Assembly: GCA_043228905.1 (NCBI GenBank)
Contig: JBHGNT010000015.1
Coordinates: 11,594,001 to 11,658,000 of the forward strand
Reading direction: 5' to 3'
Origin: Azolla caroliniana
Lineage: Eukaryota > Plantae > Polypodiophyta
Length of the DNA: 64,000 nucleotides
The notes below the pieces were generated by a model. The model was given only the letters and a program-made list of their open reading frames with translations. It did not search any database and was not told where the DNA came from. Below are positions 60,294 through 64,000 of the stretch, piece after piece (the stretch's first letter is position 1; each line of letters opens with the position of its first letter). A program made the translations under genes and the position numbers.

Positions 60294-60582
60294 AGTACAT
60301 AGGCATATTTTTGGGAGTTAGTGTCTGTCACTCGGTATGAGCATTAAAGTGCTTATGAGTACTTGTGTCAGTCCTTTAAGGACTTGTATAAAAAGTGTTA
60401 TGATGCACATTTTTATGTTAGAGTTTTTATATAGAGCTTTTTCAAATAGAGATTCATTTCTTGCTCTCTCTCTGTCTCTCTCTCACCCACTCTGTGTATC
60501 TGCATTGTTTCTCTATGTTCTTTGTTTCTATCCGGCTGAGTCGGTTTTGATCTATTATAGCTTCCACATACTTTCTTTTACA
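60294..60582 (+). repeat. Remainder of the 3' LTR of Copia I
   Basis: Resumes after the TSD of J. It is similar to the reverse complement of the N and O LTRs and ends ..ttttaCA. Confidence 0.75.
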
Positions 60583-61010
60583 AAATATCTCCTCTGAAAA
60601 AGAGGAATATTGGACCGTCTTTGTAACGGACCTCTCCTCCTTGGGTTATAAAAGGAGGGGAGACTCTCTTGTAAAGGAGTGCCCCATTTTTTAGTTTGGT
60701 TCCAATTGGTTTTGTTCCTCGTTTTATCTGTTCAGGATTGGGGTTCCGTTTTGGTGTTTAGGGTTTAGTTCTACTTGAGCTTGTATGCCATAAGGATTCT
60801 GGTTTCTACTGTGTCATCTGCGCAAGGTCACCACTCTCGACGGCGAGCACCGGCGCACCAGAGCATTGTGAGCTCCCCGACTAGAGACTTGCTTGCAGAT
60901 ACTCGTTGTATCTAGTCCATTCGGTCCTGCTCAAAGCCGGAGATGTAATCAGTTGACCTTGTATATACTCCTAGTTGTGCATTAAGTGTTTCTATGTGTC
61001 AGACGTTTCT
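60583..61010 (+). repeat. LTR-like fragment of an unidentified element
   Basis: TATA box (ttataaaagg, ~60646) and LTR-like composition; no termini resolved. Confidence 0.35.
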
Positions 61011-62490
61011 TGTAAAAGTATTTGTGCGCGAAAGAGTGTGTGATAGACACCGACCGAGTACACAGTCGGTTGTTCAGAAATCGACAATTAGGTAAACATA
61101 GAGAATAGATATACAGTGGGAAAGAGACAAAGAGAGCAGAAAACAACACTTCAATTTTAAATAATGAACACTCTTTACATACACCGTGCTTAGTGAGCAC
61201 TTTTTATACAAGCCCTTACGAGCTGGCCGACAGAAGTACCATTAGTACTTGAATGCTCATAAACGAGCCTGACACTAGTTCTCCCTATAATATTCCTATT
61301 TACTAAAATAGGAATATAGGCCCATAACGGCCTACTTGAATCCCTCCGACTTGGCTCACCCGAATCTTAGCTCTTGGCCCTCACCTTCTTTAGCCGATTC
61401 GGGCTTAGTCAATCAATCTCCAACTGATTCGGCCTATGTTGAGACGGTCTCTCAACACTCTCCCTCAAGCTCAACATGAGGTCCCACTGTGTCAGCTCTG
61501 GCTAGTTCGTCACTCCAGCCTCCTTCTCGAGCATCACGCTCCTCGTCTAGTCTAGTCCTACGTCCCACGACTTTGGTCTGGCGTTCATCGACTCGTCTGG
61601 TTCTGCGCACCTCGACCATTACGGTCAACTTGTCTAGTTCCAAGGCCCTTGTCAGCTCCCTCGTTGTCGCAATATTGGCGCCCCTCGACCTGTCGGCTCC
61701 TTTGTCTCGGTGTCATCTTCGGCTGCCTTCTCATCCGCTTGACATTTGTGCGATTCGGCTCGTCCGAAATACCTTCCACAATCAAACTGGTCTGTTCCGA
61801 TTAGTCTAGCTCTTGTCTGAATCAGTGGTCTCCGATTCGTCTTCCTTCAGGCCCTTGACCACATTTGCCCATGTCTTGGTCCTGGCCTTCACTTGGTCAG
61901 CTCTATCCTTTTCGCCTCTGCCGACTTTCTCGGCTCTAGCTTCTGCTCTCTCTTTCGGCCGCTCCCCCTTCATGTGGTTAGCCTTTGCTTGGCCAATCTT
62001 CTTCCACGTGTCCATGCGTCCTCGGCTTTTCCAGTCGCGCCGAAATCGAATTCTTCATCGAATTCTGCATTCTGGACTTTGTGTCTCTCCTTTTTGGCTT
62101 CACTCCTCCCCTTCAAGGTCGGCATATCGAGGTGTTGTATATCGAGCATGCCCAAGAATTGCCAGAACTTCTCTAGGCTGAGAGGTTTGGTGAAGATGTC
62201 GGCCACCTGCCAATCAGTCGGAACATACACAAGTTTGACTTCACCAGAGAAGACTGCACCTCGATGTGCTTGGTTCACAAGTTGGAGGCTGCTGAGGTTT
62301 TCATAGTATATCATTGTCGGTTCAGACACCTCCACCTATAGATTCTTCAATAGCCTTTTGAGCCAAATGGCTTCGCAGGTGGCAACAACTGCCCCTCGAT
62401 ACTCAACCTCAGTGCTCGACAGTGCCACTGTCGGTGGCTTTTTGCTGCTCCAGAGGATTGCAACGCCTCACAATGAAAACATGAATCCAA
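61011..62490 (-). mobile_element. 3' part of Copia O (RNase H end, long tail, PPT, 3' LTR 61011-61457)
   Basis: ALSSTEVEYRG, YVPTDWQVADIFTKPL..TLKGR; PPT 61458-61472; LTR TGT..ACA. Confidence 0.88.
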
Positions 62491-62499
62491 ATATTGACA

Positions 62500-64000
62500 T
62501 GCATGTGATGTTCAGTGGGATGACCAAGCCCTTTGCAACCATTTTCATTGGGGCCTTCAAAGTGATGTTTAAAATCTACTACTAAACTTCCCAGAGCCGA
62601 CTTCATTATCGCAATCCATCAAGCAAGCAGTTAGTTGTGACAATCGCCTTTTTGAACTTTGACAAGAGGAACGGGCGACTTCCAAGTTGTCGCCCTTTCT
62701 CCATGTTAAACCTATGGTATAACCCCAAGCGACTGCGAGATCTTCTCCAACGACATCGTTTAATGATCCTAATCCGATGGAAATTGATCAAGCTCGAGCC
62801 CCACTCACTATAGCCGAACGACACCATCGACGAACCAATGGGCTATGTCTATACTACAACACCTCTACCCATCTAATTCATTTTTTCCCACTCAAAAGCA
62901 ATATGTGACAAGTTTATCAGGACAATCCAACTAGTGGATCCCAACATTCGGAAAAAGACGAAGTCCAACTACATTAGGAGCCATGTGGTTGGACAATAGA
63001 CATACATGTTGCTCCCAAAGTTCTACTAACAAATTTTCCTTCGAGGTAACTCTTTGTTTTCAATCTATTTCAATTCAATCCTTAACGCTACTCGATTCCA
63101 GGGCCACGATGTGTTTTATGGACGAAACGTTCGTTTGTAAACTCAACTTTTGTGTTGTCCATTTGTCCAAGCCTATCCCAATCAAAGCTATCGATGATCG
63201 AATGCTCTCCTCTAGCGCAGTCACCAAAGCCACGGTCCCCCTCATTTTGCAGCTCGGGACCCATTAGGAGGCCTTATCATTTTACCTCATCACTTCACCG
63301 TGGTATCCAATCATACTTGGGTTGTCTTCGTTGAAAGCGAATAACCCTATTATAGATTGGCACAACCACTCACTTAGTTTTCAACTACAAACTCGCATGG
63401 AGGTTGGAGCGGCTTCCAATGTCGTTGTGTCAGAATGGCCCGAATCGTGTTCTGTCGAGCATTCCGCCATTCAACTCGGACCAATGCACTCGGATGATCA
63501 TGCCCCAGTCACAATGCACTCCATCTCAATGGGCAATGATGCAGAGTTGAGTACCCCAGCTTTGGTTCCTATGAAAGCCAATATGGACTCACTTCCATCT
63601 AAATATGGTGACTTTACTCATGTGTTTGAGAAGAAGAATGCAGATCACTTACTGGAGCATCGACCATATTATTATCCGATAGATCTAGAGGAGGGCACAT
63701 CTCCACCCTTTGGACCCATTTATGGTCTCTCTAAACCAGAACTAGAGGCTCTTCGCACATATCTCGATGAAAATTTGGAAAAGGGCGATCCAACCGTCTA
63801 AGTCACCAGCTGGGGCCCCCATCTTGTTTGTGAAGAAAAAGGATGGATCGTTGCGTCTATCTGTGGATTACCGTGGCCTCAATAAAATCACGGTACATAA
63901 TCAATACCCTTTACTTCTCATCCTAGAGCTCCTCGATCACCTTCCTTGTGCACAGGTCTTCTCCAAGATTGACTTGCGGGGAGCATACAACTTGGTTCGG
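62500..64000 (+). pseudogene. Degenerate chromoviral (Tcn1-like) Gypsy P: gag end, PR, RT start, running off the window
   Basis: [68 protein letters not shown]. Confidence 0.88.

Overview
This is a gene-free 64-kb nest of LTR retrotransposons. The host is probably a non-seed land plant (moss, liverwort or fern type); this is inferred from the element families and not tested. I resolve about 17 elements or fragments. Ty1/Copia group 1 has gag starting M(G/A)SxLPxEKLDR (A, B, C, N; I and O assigned from their pol ends and LTR starts). Ty1/Copia group 2 is Tnt1/Tork-like (D, H, J, a solo LTR, and a related E). The Gypsy elements are chromoviral F, G and P, an Athila/Tat-type element K carrying a ~1022-codon extra ORF, and two full-length members (L, M) plus one fossil of an unusual lineage. 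That lineage has a tRNA-Trp primer site, 4-bp TSDs and a DHG protease fused to Gag. Most junctions are confirmed by target-site duplications, and nesting reaches about five levels. Only L (37603-44915) is intact, with LTRs differing at about 3 of 796 positions. Most interesting signals: (1) a -1 frameshift site with an H-type pseudoknot that covaries between L and M; (2) two antisense tRNA-like Pol III A/B-box units inside the LTRs of M; (3) the large sense extra ORF of K with its own TATA; (4) a Copia subfamily (B, C) sharing loss of RT/RNase H; (5) a strong GC contrast between sister elements L and M. No host genes, rRNA genes, intact tRNA genes or CRISPR arrays were seen. Coordinates were read by eye and may be off by a few bases.
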